64,000 bases of DNA, from the NCBI RefSeq assembly GCF_963921235.1, contig NC_086097.1, forward strand, positions 245,212,001 to 245,276,000. Reading direction: 5' to 3'. The translations under genes were made by a program, and so were the position numbers. Below are positions 37,085 to 50,114 of this stretch, piece by piece (the stretch's first letter is position 1; each line of letters begins with the position of its first letter). The stretch comes from Mobula hypostoma. Taxonomy: Eukaryota. The notes beneath the pieces are model-generated. The model was given only the letters and a program-made list of their open reading frames with translations. It did no database searches and had not been told where the DNA came from.

Positions 37085-38245
37085 AGAAACACAGAAACAT
37101 AGAAATCTACAGCATATTACAGGCCTTTCGGCCCACAATGTTGTTCCAACTATGTAACCTACTCTAGAAACTGCCTAGAATTTCCCTACCACATAGCTCT
37201 CTATTTTTCTAAGCTCCATGGACCTACCTAAGAGTCTCTTAAAAGACCCTATTGTAGCCATCTCTCCTACCTTCACTGGCAGTGCATTCAACACACCCAC
37301 CACTCTCTGTGTGAAAAACTTACCTCTGATGTCCCACTTATACCTATTTCCTAGCCTCTGGCTATCCTCGCATTCAATGCTTCTCATCATCTTATACACC
37401 TCTGTCAGGTTACCTCTCATCCTCCGTCGCTCCAAGGAGAAAAGGCCAAGTTCATTCAACCTATTCTCATAAGGCATGCTCTCCAATCCAGGCAACATCC
37501 TTGTAAATCTCCTCTGCAGTCTCTCTATAGTATCTGCATTCTTCCTGTAGTGAGGTGACCAGAACTGAACACAGTACCCCAAGTGGGGTCTAACTAAGGT
37601 CTTATATAGCTGTAACATTACCTCATAGCTCTTGAACTCAATCCCACGGTTGATGAATGCCAACACACCATATGCCTTCTTAACAACACTGTCAAACTGC
37701 GCAGCAGTTTTGAGTATCCTATAGACATAGACCTGAAGATCTCGCTGATCCTCCACACTGCCAAGAGTCTTACCACCAATATCATATTCTGTCTTCAAAT
37801 TTGACCTACCAAAATGAATCACTTCACACTTATCTGGGTTGAACTCCATTTGCCACTTCTCAGCCCAGTTTTGCATCCTATCGATGTTGCACTGTAACCT
37901 CTGACAACCCTCCAGACTACCCACCACACCCCCAACTTTTGTGTCATCAGCAAACTTACTAACCACCACCCCACTTCTACTTCCTCATCCAGGTCATTTA
38001 TAAAAATCACAAAGAGGAGGTGACCCAGAACAGATCCCTGCGGAACTGGTCACCGTCCTCCATGCAGAATACACACCATCCACAACCACCCTTTGCCTCT
38101 GTGGGCAAGCCAGTTCTGGATCCGCAAAACAAGGTCTCCTTGGATCCCTATGCTTCATTACTTTCTGAATGAGCCTCACATGGCGAACCTTATCAAATGC
38201 TTTATTGAAATCCATATACACTACATCCACTGCTCTACCTTCATC
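37085..38245 (-). mobile_element. CR1 RT and 3' end
   Basis: ORFs 37175-37969 and 37994-38230. Confidence 0.9.
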
Positions 38246-38572
38246 AAACAGTCAGGCTTTTTCCCAGGGCTGAAATGGCTAGCACGAGAGGGCACAGTTT
38301 TAAGGTGTTTGCAAGTAGGTACAGAGGAGATGTCAGGGGTAAATTTTTTTATGCAGAGAGTGGTGAGTGCGTGGAATGGACTGCCGGTGACGGTGGTGGA
38401 GGCGGATATGATAGAGTCTTTTATGAGACTCCTGGACAGGTACATGGAGCTCAGAAAAGTAGAGGGCTAAGGGTAACCCTAGGTAATTTCTAAGGTAAGG
38501 ACATGTTTGGCACAGCTTTGTGGGCCGAAGGGCCTGTATTGTGCTGTAGATTTTCTGTGTTTCTATGTTTCT
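38246..38572 (+). mobile_element. CR1 3' end, head-to-head with the previous copy
   Basis: STRGHSFKV...RGKFF; CR1 tail. Confidence 0.85.
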
Positions 38573-38772
38573 AAACAGACTATAACAGAACCCGTATATC
38601 TGGTACTGTAAATCGTGCTAACCACTACACTCATCAATAATAAGATTGAAAATTTATAGGGTCAATGACTCCAGGAAAACTGCTGTTATAGATATTAATA
38701 CTAAACAAAACAGTGCCTCTTGTAGATAGAAGTTATACAAAAATAAATGCAAGACAGTCACGCATTACATAC

Positions 38773-38851
38773 CTCAAAGCCTTTAAAGAGTTGTTTGTGA
38801 GATCGAGGTTTTTCAGTTCAGTGCAAAATTTACTAAGGATGTTACAGGTTG
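38773..38851 (-). pseudogene. FBXL2/FBXL20: FBXL2/FBXL20-like pseudo-exon (LRR)
   Basis: ttttgcag|CA ACC TGT...TTG AG|gtatgt reads TCNILSKFCTELKNLDLT------NNSLKAL versus recalled TCYSLSRFCSKLKHLDLTSCVSITNSSLK; 18-nt deletion and one extra base. Confidence 0.8.
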
Positions 38852-39280
38852 CTGCAAAAATTAATCAAAAATATTACTCACAATGTAAATAAAACAAATC
38901 AAGTAAACTTAGCTACATCGTATTTAAATATCATTCATTTTTGTCTAACAATTAAATCTTCAATTTTTTTTGTAATTCAAATTTTTTAAATTAATATTCT
39001 TATTTTACAAAGCAGCACAGCATATCATAGAGCAGCTGGAGTACAGCATATTTACACAGCCATCTCATGACGGGAAAACAAATAAAGCTTAGAGACAGAA
39101 AGAAGTTCTAATTTAAATTTAAATTAACATACAACCAAAATTGATCCCACGTGTCTTGCACTTTTCCCTCACTGTTAATTCTTCCCAACATGTGTTCATA
39201 TGATGAAATCTTAATCATTTCCTCAGTTCATTCCTTCACTTAGTCTGGGTTTTTTCCAGTATTGCAATATAATTCTTGCA

Positions 39281-39314
39281 ATCTTCAATATTTTTACAGT
39301 TCTGAGCAAAAGTC
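39281..39314 (-). pseudogene. FBXL2/FBXL20: FBXL2/FBXL20-like pseudo-exon, duplicate of the TFAQNC exon (5' half)
   Basis: ttgccttcag|G ACT TTT GCT CAG AAC TGT AAA AAT ATT GAA GAT reads TFAQNCKNIED versus TFAQNCRNIE; similarity lost afterwards. Confidence 0.75.
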
Positions 39315-39459
39315 CTGAAGGCAAATGTAAGAAATAGGTTCTAATTGCAAAACAGAGTCAGAAGGTGATGGCTCGTCACAAGGCCAGTGAAGGTGGAGGA
39401 TGGCTGCATCGGTGAAGGGTTCCCAGTTGCCTTGCACTCCATGAAACTCTTCAGAAGTT

Positions 39460-40302
39460 TTTGGATGTCTCTGCCATAGTTGGATGTGTCAGCAAGGGAG
39501 ATGAGGTTGAGTACAGGGCTACGGTAGGCAACTTTGTCACATGGTGTGAGCAGAATTATCTGCAGCTTAATGTGAAAAAGACTAAGGAGCTGGTGGTAGA
39601 CCTGAGGAGAGCTAAGGTACCGGTGACCCCTGTTTCCATCCAGGGGGTCAGTGTGGACATGGTGGAGGATTACAAATACCTGACGATACGAATTGACAAT
39701 AAACTGGACTAGTCAAAGAACACTGAGGCTGTCTACAAGGGACAGAGCCGTCTCTATTTCCTGAGGAGACTGAGGTCCTTTAACATCTGCCGGATGATGC
39801 TGAGGATGTTCTACGAGTCTGTGGTGGCCAGTGCTATCATGTTTGCTGTTGTGTGCTAGGGCAGCAGGCTGAGGGTAGCAGACACCAACAGAATCAACAA
39901 ACTCATTTGTAAGGCCAGTGATGTTGTGGGGATGGAACTGGACTCTCTCACGGTGGTGTCTGAAAAGAGGATGCTGTCTAAGTTGCATGCCATCTTGGTC
40001 AATGTCTCCCATCCACTACATAATGTACTGGGTGGGCACAGGAGTACATTCAGCCAGAGACTCATTCCACCGAGATGCAGCACAGAGCGTCATAGGAAGT
40101 CATTCCTGCTTGTGGCCATCAAACTTTACAACTCATCCCTTGGAGGTCAGACACCCTGAGCCGATAGGCTGGTCCTGGACTTACTTCATAATTTACATAT
40201 TACTATTTAACTACTTATGGTTCTATTACTATTCATTATTTATGGTGCAACTGTAACAAAAACCAATTTCCCCGGGAATCAATAAAGTATGACTATGACT
40301 AT
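39460..40302 (+). mobile_element. Rex1-type LINE 3' fragment
   Basis: LQLNVKKTKELVVDLRR, YKYL; (TATGAC)n tail. Confidence 0.85.
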
Positions 40303-40399
40303 GATATTGGACCCTAACCCTGAGCTGTCAAGGACCATGTGGTGACTGTCCATGCATCAGCCTCCCCACATTAAACAAAATCACACACAGGGGTTCTCC

Positions 40400-43300
40400 A
40401 TTCAGACATTGACTCAGAGATAAACCACTGCCAGAGTAGTTGTGGTGCAGCCTATGCGAGATTAAGGAAAAGAGCCTTTGATGACCGCAGCCTACAGGCC
40501 CAAACAAAACTTCTGGTTGAAACAGCAGTTGTCCTTCCTACGTTACTGTATGGAGCTGAATCATGGACCACTACAGCAGACACCTGAAAGCCCTGTAACA
40601 ATACTACCAAAGAACCATAGAAACCATAGAAACTACAGCACAGAAACAGGCCCTTTGGCCCTTCTTAGCTGTGCCGAACCATTTTCTGCCTAGTCCCACT
40701 GACCTGCACACGGACCATATCCCTCCATACACCTCCCATCCCTGTATCTGTCCAATTTATTCTTAAATGTTAAAAAAGAACCCGCATTTACCACCTCGTC
40801 TGGCAGCTCATTTCATACTCCCACCACTCTCTGTGTGAAGAAGCCCCCCTTAATGTTCCCTTTAAACTTTTCCCCCCTCACCCTTAACCCATGTCCTCTG
40901 GTTTTTTTCTCCCCTTGCCTCAGTGGAAAAAGCCTGCTTGCATTCACTCTATCTATACCCATCAAAATTTTATATACCTCTATCAAATCTCCCCTCATTC
41001 TTCTACGCTCCAGGGAATAAAGTCCTAACCTATTCAACCTTTCTCTGTAACTGAGTTTCTCAAGTCCCGGCAACATCCTTGTAAACCTTCTCTGCACTCT
41101 TTCAACCTTATTTATATCCTTCCTGTAATTTGGTGACCAAAACTGAACACAATACTCCAGATTCGGCCTCACCAATGCCTTATACAACCTCATCATAACA
41201 CTCCAGCTCTTATACTCAATACTTCGATTAATAAAGGCCAATGTACCAAAAGCTCTCTTTCGACCCTATCTACCTGTGATGACACTTTTAGGGAATTTTG
41301 TATCTGTATTCCCAGATCCCTCTGTTCCACTGCACTCCTCAGTGCCTTACCATTAACCCTGTATGTTCTATGTTGGTTTGTCCTTCCAAAGTGCAATACC
41401 TTACACTTGTCAGTATTAAATTCCATCTGCCATTTTTCAGCCCATTTTTCCAGCTGGTCCAAGTCCCTCTGCAGGCTCTGAAAACCTTCCTCACTGTCTA
41501 CTACACCTCCAATCTTTATATCATCAGCAAACTTGCTGATCCAATTTACCACATTATCATCCAGATCATTGATATAGATGACAAATAACAATGGACCCAG
41601 CCCTGATCCCTGTGGCACACCACTAGTCACAGGCCTCCACTCAGAGAAGCAATTCTCTACCACCACTCTCTGGCTTCTTTCATCGAGCCAACGGCTAATC
41701 CAATTTACCACCTCTCCATGTATACCTAGTGACTGAATTTTCCTAACTAACCTCCCATGCGGGACCTTGTCAAAGGCCTTACTGAAGTCCATGTAGACAA
41801 TATCCACTGCCTTCCCTTCATCCACTTTCCTGGTAACCTCCTCGAAAAACTCCAACAGATTGGTCAAACATGACCTACCACGCACAAAGCCATGTTGACT
41901 CTCCCTAATAAGCCCCTGTCTATCCAAATGCTTGTAGATTCTGTCTCTTAGTACTCCCTCCAATAACTTACCTACTACTGACGTTAAACTCACCGGCCTA
42001 TAATTTCCCGGATTACTTTTCGATCCTTTTTTAAACAACGGAACAACACGAGCCACTCTCCAATCCTCCGGCACGTCACCCGTAGACAGCGACATTTTAA
42101 ATATTTCTGCTAGGGCCCCCGCAATTTCAACACTAGTCTCCTTCAAGGTCCGAGGGAACACTCTGTCAGGTCCCGGGGATTTATCCACTTTAATTTTCCT
42201 CAAAACAGCAAGCACCTCCTCCTTTTCAGTCTGTACAGTTTCCATGGTCTCACTACTTGATTCCCTCAATTCCATTAATTTCATGCCAGCTTCCTTAGTA
42301 AATACAGACACAAAAAACCTATTTAAGAACGCCCCCATTTCCTTTGGTTCCGCACAAAGCCGACCACTCTGATCTTCAAGAGGACCAATTTTATCCCTTA
42401 TAATCCTCTTGCTCTTAATATACTTGTAAAAGCTCTTTAGATTATCCTTCACTTTGACTGCCAAGGCAACCTCATGTCTTCTTTTAGCCCTCCTGATTTC
42501 TTTCTTAAGTATTTTCTTGCACTTCTTATACTCCTCAAGCACTTGATTTACCCCCTGTTTCCTATACATTTCATACAACTCCCTCTTCTTCTTTATCAGA
42601 GTTGCAATATCCCTTGAGAACCAAGGTTCCTTATTCCTATTCAATTTGCCTTTAATTCTGACAGGAACATACAAACTCTGCACTCTCAAAATTTCCCCTT
42701 TGAAGGCTTCCCACCTACCAATCACATCTTTGCCAGAGAACAACCTGTCCCAATCCACGCTTTTTAGATCCTTTCTCATTTCTTCAAATTTGGCCTTCTT
42801 CCAGTTCAGAACCTCAACCCTAGGACCAGATCTATCCTTGTCCATGATCAAATTGAAACTAATGGTGTTATGATCACTGGAACCAAAGTGCTCCCCTACA
42901 CAGACTTCTGTCACTTGCCCTAATTTGTTACCTAACAGGAGATCCAATATTGCATCCCCTCTAGTTGGTCCCTCAATATATTGATTTAGAAAACTTTCCG
43001 GAACACATTTTACAAACTCTAAACCATCTAGACCCCTAACAGTATGGGAGTCCCAATCAATGTATAGAAAATTAAAATCCCCTACCTTACAAAAGAGTCT
43101 GAGGATCAGCTGGCAGGACAGGTGCACTAACACCAGCGTACTGGAGGAGGCCATTATGAACAGCATCTCCACCATGATAAAGCAACCCCAACTCCGATGG
43201 ATGGGTCATGTCATCTGGATACCTAACTCACATCTCCCCAAGCAGATTCTTTACTCTTAGCTGAAGGAAGGTCAGTGAGACCCCTGTGGGCAAAAGAAAC

Positions 43301-43635
43301 ACTTCAAGGATAATATCAAAATCAGCCTGAAGAAATTCAACATTCATCTAAAAACTGGGAGACACTGCACTCAGTAGATACAGCTGGAGGAAATCTGCTC
43401 AAGATAGAGTTGTGGTACATGAGAGAGACCCCCTCTGTGTCACAGACAACAAGCGACAGCTGTGAAAGCAGAGAATGAACAACCAAAAGACCCAACCGCT
43501 AATCACGGCCACCATTTACTCGCGTACACACTGCACCTGGATACGTGGATCCTGGATCAGCCTCTGCAGTCACCTGAGGACACACCAGTAGAGAACCCCT
43601 AAGGAGAGCATTATGCTCAACTTGAGTGAGCGCAG
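40400..43635 (+). mobile_element. RTE (BovB-like) LINE 3' part, split by a CR1
   Basis: VLPTLLYGAESWT near 40530-40570 continues after the CR1 as LRISWQDRCTNTSVL...LRWMGHV (from about 43087); related piece near 19940-20230. Confidence 0.8.
40613..43085 (-). mobile_element. Young CR1 ORF2 (endonuclease end, RT, 3' tail), one frameshift
   Basis: ORFs 41193-43175 and 40813-41241; GDFN, SDH, FADD. Confidence 0.95.
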
Positions 43636-43652
43636 TAATACATCGTACTTAC

Positions 43653-43711
43653 CTATTATTAATTTTTGTGCAACCATTGTGATTGAAATCTTCAAGTTCT
43701 GAGCTCAAATT
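43653..43711 (-). pseudogene. FBXL2/FBXL20: FBXL2/FBXL20-like pseudo-exon (LRR)
   Basis: gactttag|A ATT TGA GCT CAG AAC..GAA GAT TTC AAT CAC AAT GGT TGC ACA AAA ATT AAT AAT AG|gtaagt versus TFAQNCRNIEHLNLNGCTKITDS; 59 nt instead of 69; contains a stop and a frameshift. Confidence 0.75.
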
Positions 43712-44874
43712 CTAAAGTCAAAAATAAGTGGCAGGATCTAATTACAAAACAGATATTCAGAAAATGAATAATCTGTTAAACTCTCATTTCTGCAATTCTT
43801 TTGACAACAAAAATATTAATTTCATGGGAAATAATGAGTACATTTCCTTCTCAACATACAGGCACATCAATTTTTCAGTATGCCACATTAAAGTGTGTAA
43901 TATAATCATTGCAAAAATAGCAGGTCCTACTCCATACAAATAATAACCAGATAATTACACGGACTGCTGACATTGTTGACTGGGGTCTGCCTGACAATAA
44001 TATTTAACAAGATTGATCGTAGCAACAAGAAGGCAGAACTACTAGTCAAGAAAACAGCAGACATGAACAATTTCAAAATGGAAAGCCCACTCCAAATCTG
44101 TCTTTTGTTATTCACTGGATTTCACTGCCTTCTCTAAGCACAGCATAATTTGTCGCAATGGCAGCCAAACAAAAGCTTTTCATTGCATTTCATTAGATGT
44201 GTCTATAATAAAGAAATACTAAATACACATGTCACTTTGTTTTACCTGCTGTCTACCACAGATATTTTCTTACATTCACTCTTCATCGTCTCTACAATTC
44301 AAAATATCATCAGTTTCTAACCTTTCCTAGTTCTGATAGATGTTCATGGATCTCCTGAAACAGCAAGCCAGCTTTGTCTCCACAGATATTCACTGACAAA
44401 CTTCCAGCATTTTATTTCAGATTTCCACCACCTTCAGTATTTTGCTGATTTCCAATTTTCCTCAAGTGGATAAGAGAGGGGAGGGGGTGGGTTTATTTAA
44501 AAGGCAAGGACTTGTAGAGCTTGGGGACTGGGATCAGCATGTAAATGCCATTATAAAAAAGGCACAGCAGAGCTTCTACATCCTTAGAAGTTTGCGCAGA
44601 TTTGTCATGTCATCAAAAACATTGATAAACATCTATAGATATAGTGAAGAATATCCTGACTAGTTCCACTAAGGTCTGGTATGGAAGCTCCTGTACCCAA
44701 GAAAGGAAAAGCCTACAGAAAGTACTGGAGACAGCCTAGTCCATCACAGGAAAAGCCCACCCCACCAGTGAGCACATCTACAAGGAGCACTGCACAAGAA
44801 AGCAGCATTCATCATCAAGGACCTCCACCATCCAGTCTGTGCTCTCTTCTCATTGCTGCCATCAGGAAGGAGGT

Positions 44875-45448
44875 TGGGTTGGGTTGTTCGTCCATCGTTG
44901 ACGTCGATGAGGACCTCGACACCATTATAACGTTGTCGAGATTAGCGTGTGATTTGGATTTAAGTAAGGGAGAGTTGCGCAGCGTCAGCCTCACTCTCTC
45001 TTCCCAATTCCCATCTGGATCCAGTGGCAAGACAGAGTCGAGACGGCTGGAGATGGGACTAGGCGCAGTGGATGACCAGGACGTCTTGTGTCTAGTGTTG
45101 CTCTACACGTTCCACGACGCTTGCAGAGACCGCCTTCTTGACCGTTGGACCTTCCATTGGTCTCGTCCACTCAATCCGCCGGAGTCTGTCTTCACATGCT
45201 GGGATAGACAACTCCCTATCTCACCGAGGGTTCGAGACCCGTTGGCTACCCTCACCTGGTTTAGCCGGCTTGTCGAAGCCGTTGCCCGGGGTGTGGCCGC
45301 TGTCGCATGCAAACAGCTACGGGGAGCCACAGGTGAGAGCTGAGTGCCAGGTGGGGACCAAAGGTGGACTAACCGCCCTGAAAAGAACGCGACATGTTCC
45401 CCCACCAGAGGTGCTACCCCTCCCTGACACCCCATACACCCCATACAC
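44875..45448 (-). mobile_element. Non-autonomous retroposon (probably RTE-derived) inside a Rex1 3' end
   Basis: 8-bp TSD AAGGAGGT at 44867-44874 and 45449-45456; (AACCC)n tail; host LLPSGRRYR coding sequence rejoins across it. Confidence 0.75.
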
Positions 45449-45804
45449 AAGGAGGTACAGGAACCTTTGGGTCCCACACCACCAGTTTGAGGAACTGTGA
45501 TTACCCTTCAACCATCAGGCTCCTGAACCAGCATTGATAACTTCAGTCACCTCAACCATAAGCTGATTCCATAACCTGTGTACCCACTTCCAAGGACTCT
45601 ACAACTCACATCCTCAGTATTATATATGTATGTATGTATTCATTTATTTACTATTATTATTTGTTTTTTTTTGTGTTTGCAGAGTTTGGTTTCTTTTGCA
45701 TATTGGCTTTTGTCAGTTTTCGCTTCTGTATAGTTTTTCATTGATTCTGTTGTACTCCATTGTTCTAATGAAAATGCCTGCAAAACTTGAATCTCAGAGT
45801 AGTA

Positions 45805-46652
45805 ACTCTGTAGAATAGAATCTCTAACATGCTGGTAGAGAGAGTTTTATTCGGGTTTTTAGCGCTGGAAATAGTTACATCCAGACACGCGGGACAGAAG
45901 CAAGGTCGCATTGTGTATTCCAGGGACAGGCTGTTTGTGCTAATGCCGGCCTGTTTAGCGAGCAGAGTGGCGGACACCCCTGCTGAAATCCAGAGGAAAA
46001 CACACAGAGGATGCAGAGGGGGATCACAAAGTCGAGGAAAGAGGACCGGGTTGAGACAACAGAGACATATGGAGAAGAGGAGTTCGGTGGGTAATAAAAT
46101 GGATGAATTCATGGCGCTAGCCAGGAATCAGAGAACATTTCGGGAGTGCAGTGTTATGTGTTTCACTGGAACAGGGCTGCACGAGGACATTTCCAATCAA
46201 AACTTTTCCATGGACGGCTTCCAGACCGTTCGGGCTGACTGGAAGTGCACTGAGAGCGGTAAGCGTAAAGGAGTTGGGTGCTTACTGTACTGGCTAACAA
46301 CAGATGGTGCAATCCGGGTCATATTATGATCGAGGAACGTGTTTGTAGACTGGATATTGAACTTTCTACTGTTGGACTTCGGTCACATTCCACCAAGATT
46401 CAACACTGGGCGGCACGGGAGGTCGTTCCTGCCTGTGGCCATCGAACTTGCAGCTCCTCCCGTGGAGGGTCAGACACCCTGAGCCAATAGACTGGTCCTG
46501 GACTTATTTTCCATCTGACATAGTTTGCATTTTGCTGTTTGATTGTTTGTGGTTTTTGTATTGCTATATTTATGCTCTGTTCTTGGTTGGCGCGGCTGTA
46601 ACGAAACCCAATTTCCCTCGGGATTAATAAAGTGTATCTATCTATCTATCTA
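45805..46652 (+). mobile_element. Internally deleted Rex1-type element (5' ORF start fused to 3' end)
   Basis: RIVYSRDRL...RKTHRGCRGG...SVGNKMDE endonuclease start, then from about 46380 a 3' end like 40060-40290; (TATC)n tail. Confidence 0.75.
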
Positions 46653-47164
46653 AATGGTGACATATACTGTACATACTTTGACAATAAATTTACTTTGAAC
46701 GAACTTTGAATTTACTCAAAAGAACTTGGTTACTCAAAAGAAAAGTTATTGGTACAATAACTTAAGAACTAAGTGGAATAATTGGTACTTTGACCTTTCA
46801 AACCTGCTCTACTAACCAGAATGATCATGGCTGGTCTACAATATTCTTCTGGACTATCCCATTTATCCCCTGAATCTCTTCAGATTCAGAAACCTATCGA
46901 CAATGGACCAGAACAAACTCAAAGATTGAACCTTCAATCCCTCCAGGATAGAGGTCTCAAGGCTTAAAACCCCCGGATGAAAACATCTCAGTCCTAAATC
47001 ACCTGCTTCTTATTCTGAGGCTGTGAATAGATTACAAACTCTTCAGCCAAGGGGAGCAGCCTCTCTGCATCCAGCATGATAAATTTGTAAGCTTTGGTAA
47101 GATCTCTTCTCATTCACTCGAGGATAGGGACCTAGTCTACTCAACCTCTCTCATATGGCCATCT

Positions 47165-48400
47165 AAAATCAGAATCAGAATCACTGGCATAATTAATTAA
47201 GTAGTGCAAAAAACAGAGAGAGAGAAATAGTAAAGTAGTGTTCATGGGTTGGTTCATTATCTGTTCGGAAATCCAATGGCAGATGGGAAGAAACTGTTTC
47301 TGAAATGCTGAGTGTGTGTCTTCTGGCTTCCAAACCTCCTCCCTGATGCTAGAAATAAGAAGAGGGCATGGCCTGGGTGGTGGAGATCCTTAATGATGGA
47401 TGCTGCCTTTTGAGGTATTGCCTTTGAAGGTGTCTGTGATGCTGGGGATGTTAATGCCCATGATGGAGCTGACTGAGTTCACAACCTTCTGCAGCTTCTT
47501 CCAATCTTGTGCAGTGGCCCCTCCATTCCAGACGGTGTTAGAATGATCTGCACGGTACATCTGTCAAAATTTGCTGCAGTCTTTGGTACCATACCATATC
47601 TCCTGAAGCTCCTCATGAAATATAGCCTCTGTCATGTCATAACTGCATCAATATTTGGGCCTTGGATTGATATTCAAAGATGTTGAACCCGCAGGAACTT
47701 GAAACTTCTGACCCTTTCTACTGCTGATCCCTCATTGAGGACGGGTGTGTGTTCCTCAGCTTAGCTTTCCTGAAGTCCATAATCAATTCCTTGGTCTTCC
47801 TGACGTTGAGTGCAAGGTTGTTGTTGCCACACAACTCAACCAGCTGACCTATCTCACTCCTGTATGCCACCTCATCACCATTTCTGACTCTACCAATAAT
47901 AGTAGTGTCATTGGCAAATTTATAGATCGTATTTGAGAAATGCCTAGCCACAGTAATGATTGTAGAGAGACTAGGGCAGTGTGCTTACCATGCATCCTTG
48001 AGGTGTGCTGGTGTTGATTGTCAATGAGGAGATGTTATTTCTACACTGACGGTGCTTTCTTGAAGATGAAGTCAAGGATCCAGTTGCAGAGAGAGGTACA
48101 AAGGCCCGGTTTTGAAGCCTGGTGATTAGTATTGAGGGTATGATGGTGTTGAAAGTTGAGCTGTAATCAGTAAACAGCAGCTTACTGTATTGTTGTTGTC
48201 CAGGTGGTCACAGGCCAAGAGGAGAGCCAGTGAGATTGCATCTGCTGTAGACCTATTGTGGCCGTAGGCAAGTTGCAGAGTGCCCAGGTCCTTGCTTAGA
48301 TAAGAGTTGATTCTGGTCATGATCAACCTCTTAAAACACTTTGTCACATGTAGAAGTGAGTACAACTGGGCAATTGTCATTGAGACAGCTTACCCTGCTC
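47165..48400 (-). mobile_element. Degraded Rex1-type RT and 3' end
   Basis: HNRSTADAISLAL, KFANDTTIIG, LNVRKTKEL; (TTCTGA)n tail. Confidence 0.85.
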
Positions 48401-48837
48401 TTAAGCATTGAAAACAGTCTCACAAATTTTCTCCCTAAATGGTAAATTGCAGACAGGTAAATTTTCAAATATTCAGGTGAAATTTATTTCTTGGAGTTAA
48501 ATATGATACAGTAATAAATATCTTCCATTAAGTATTCCATCGCTTGATTTTCTTTTGGTCAATTACAACTCAATAAATGACCAAGGAGGCAGTAAATATA
48601 GGACTTGTATGAGCCATAAACTGGTTACAAAATATGATAAAAGTGATATTTCAGGAGTGCTGGGTGCGTCGGTTGGTCGAAGGCATATTGTTAATAGAAA
48701 AGCGATCTACTAGTGTATCCAGAACAAAAGAATTGTTTATTTCTTGCTTAGGTTATTATGCTGGCGATGATGTTTATATTTTATTTTCATGCAATTCTCA
48801 AAAATTCTAGTGTTACTTTTAGGATACCTGAGGATAT

Positions 48838-50053
48838 ATCATGTCTAACCAATCTTGTAGAGTTTTTCGAGGCAGTTACTAGGACGGATGATGACGGCAA
48901 GGCGGTGGATGTTGTCTACATGGACTTTAGTAAGGCATTTGACAAGGTCTGTAAAGGAGGTTGGTCAAGAAGTTTCAGTCACTCAGCATTCAAGGTGAGG
49001 TAGTAAATTGGATTAGATATTGGCTTTGAGGGAGAAGCCAGAGATTGGTAGTAGGTAGTTGCCCCTGTGACTGGAGACCTGACTAATGATGTGCCGCAGA
49101 CATCGGTGCTTGGTCTGATATTGTTTGTCATCTATATCAACAATCTGGATGATAAGGTTCAGTAAATTTGTGGATGACACCAGACGGGGTGTGCAGTGGA
49201 CAGCGAGGAAGGCTTGCAGCGGGACCGGGACCAAATGGAAAAATCGGCTGAAAAATGGCAGATGGAATTTCATGCAGACAAGTGTGAGGTGTTGCACTTC
49301 AGAAGGACCATCCAGGGTGGGTCTTATACAGCGAACAGCTGGGCACTAAGAAGGAGGGGATCAGGGAATACAGGTTCAAAATTCATTAAAAGTGGCATCA
49401 CAGATAGATAGAATTGTAAAGAAAGCTGTTGGCACATTGGCCTTCGTAAATCAAGGTGTTGAGTACAGGAGATAGGATGTTATGTTGAAGTTGTATAAGA
49501 CCTGCATAACTTGGAGTACTGTATGCAGTTTTGGTCACCCACCTACAGGAAAGATGTAAATAATGGTGAAAGAGCAACCAGAAAACTTACAAGGATGTTG
49601 CCAGGACTGGAGTTACAAGGAAAGATTAAATTGTTTAGGACTTTATTCCTTGGAATGTAGAAGATTAAAGGGAGATTTGATAGAGGTATACAAAATTATG
49701 ACAGGTATAGACAGGATAAATGCAACTTGGCTTTTTCCACTGAAGTTGGGTGGGACTACAACCAGAGGTCAGGGGTTAAAGGTGAAAGGTAAAAAGTTTA
49801 AGTGGAATGTGAGGGGAAACTTCTTCACTTAGAGGGTCGTGAGAGTGCAGAACAAACTGCCAGCACTGGTGGTGCACGCAAGCTCGATTTCAACGTTTAA
49901 GAGAAGTTTGGATAGGTACATGATGGCAGGGGTGTGAAGGGCTATGGTCTGGGTGCAGGCTGATGGGAGTAGGGAGTTTAAATGGTTCTGCATGGACTAG
50001 ATCGGCCAAAGGGCCTGTTTATGTGCTGTACTTTTCTATGACTTTATGACTCT
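48838..50053 (+). mobile_element. Degraded CR1 RT and 3' end
   Basis: SCLTNLVEFFE, YMDFSKAFDKV, KWQMEF. Confidence 0.9.
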
Positions 50054-50114
50054 AAGGCAAATTATGAATACTTCAAAGCATCAAAATCACCCCTTTCAAA
50101 AACAATTCACTTAC

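Noticed and set aside
44681..45343. 220-aa ORF
   Set aside because: Spans a Rex1 fragment and the antisense strand of a TSD-bounded insertion.
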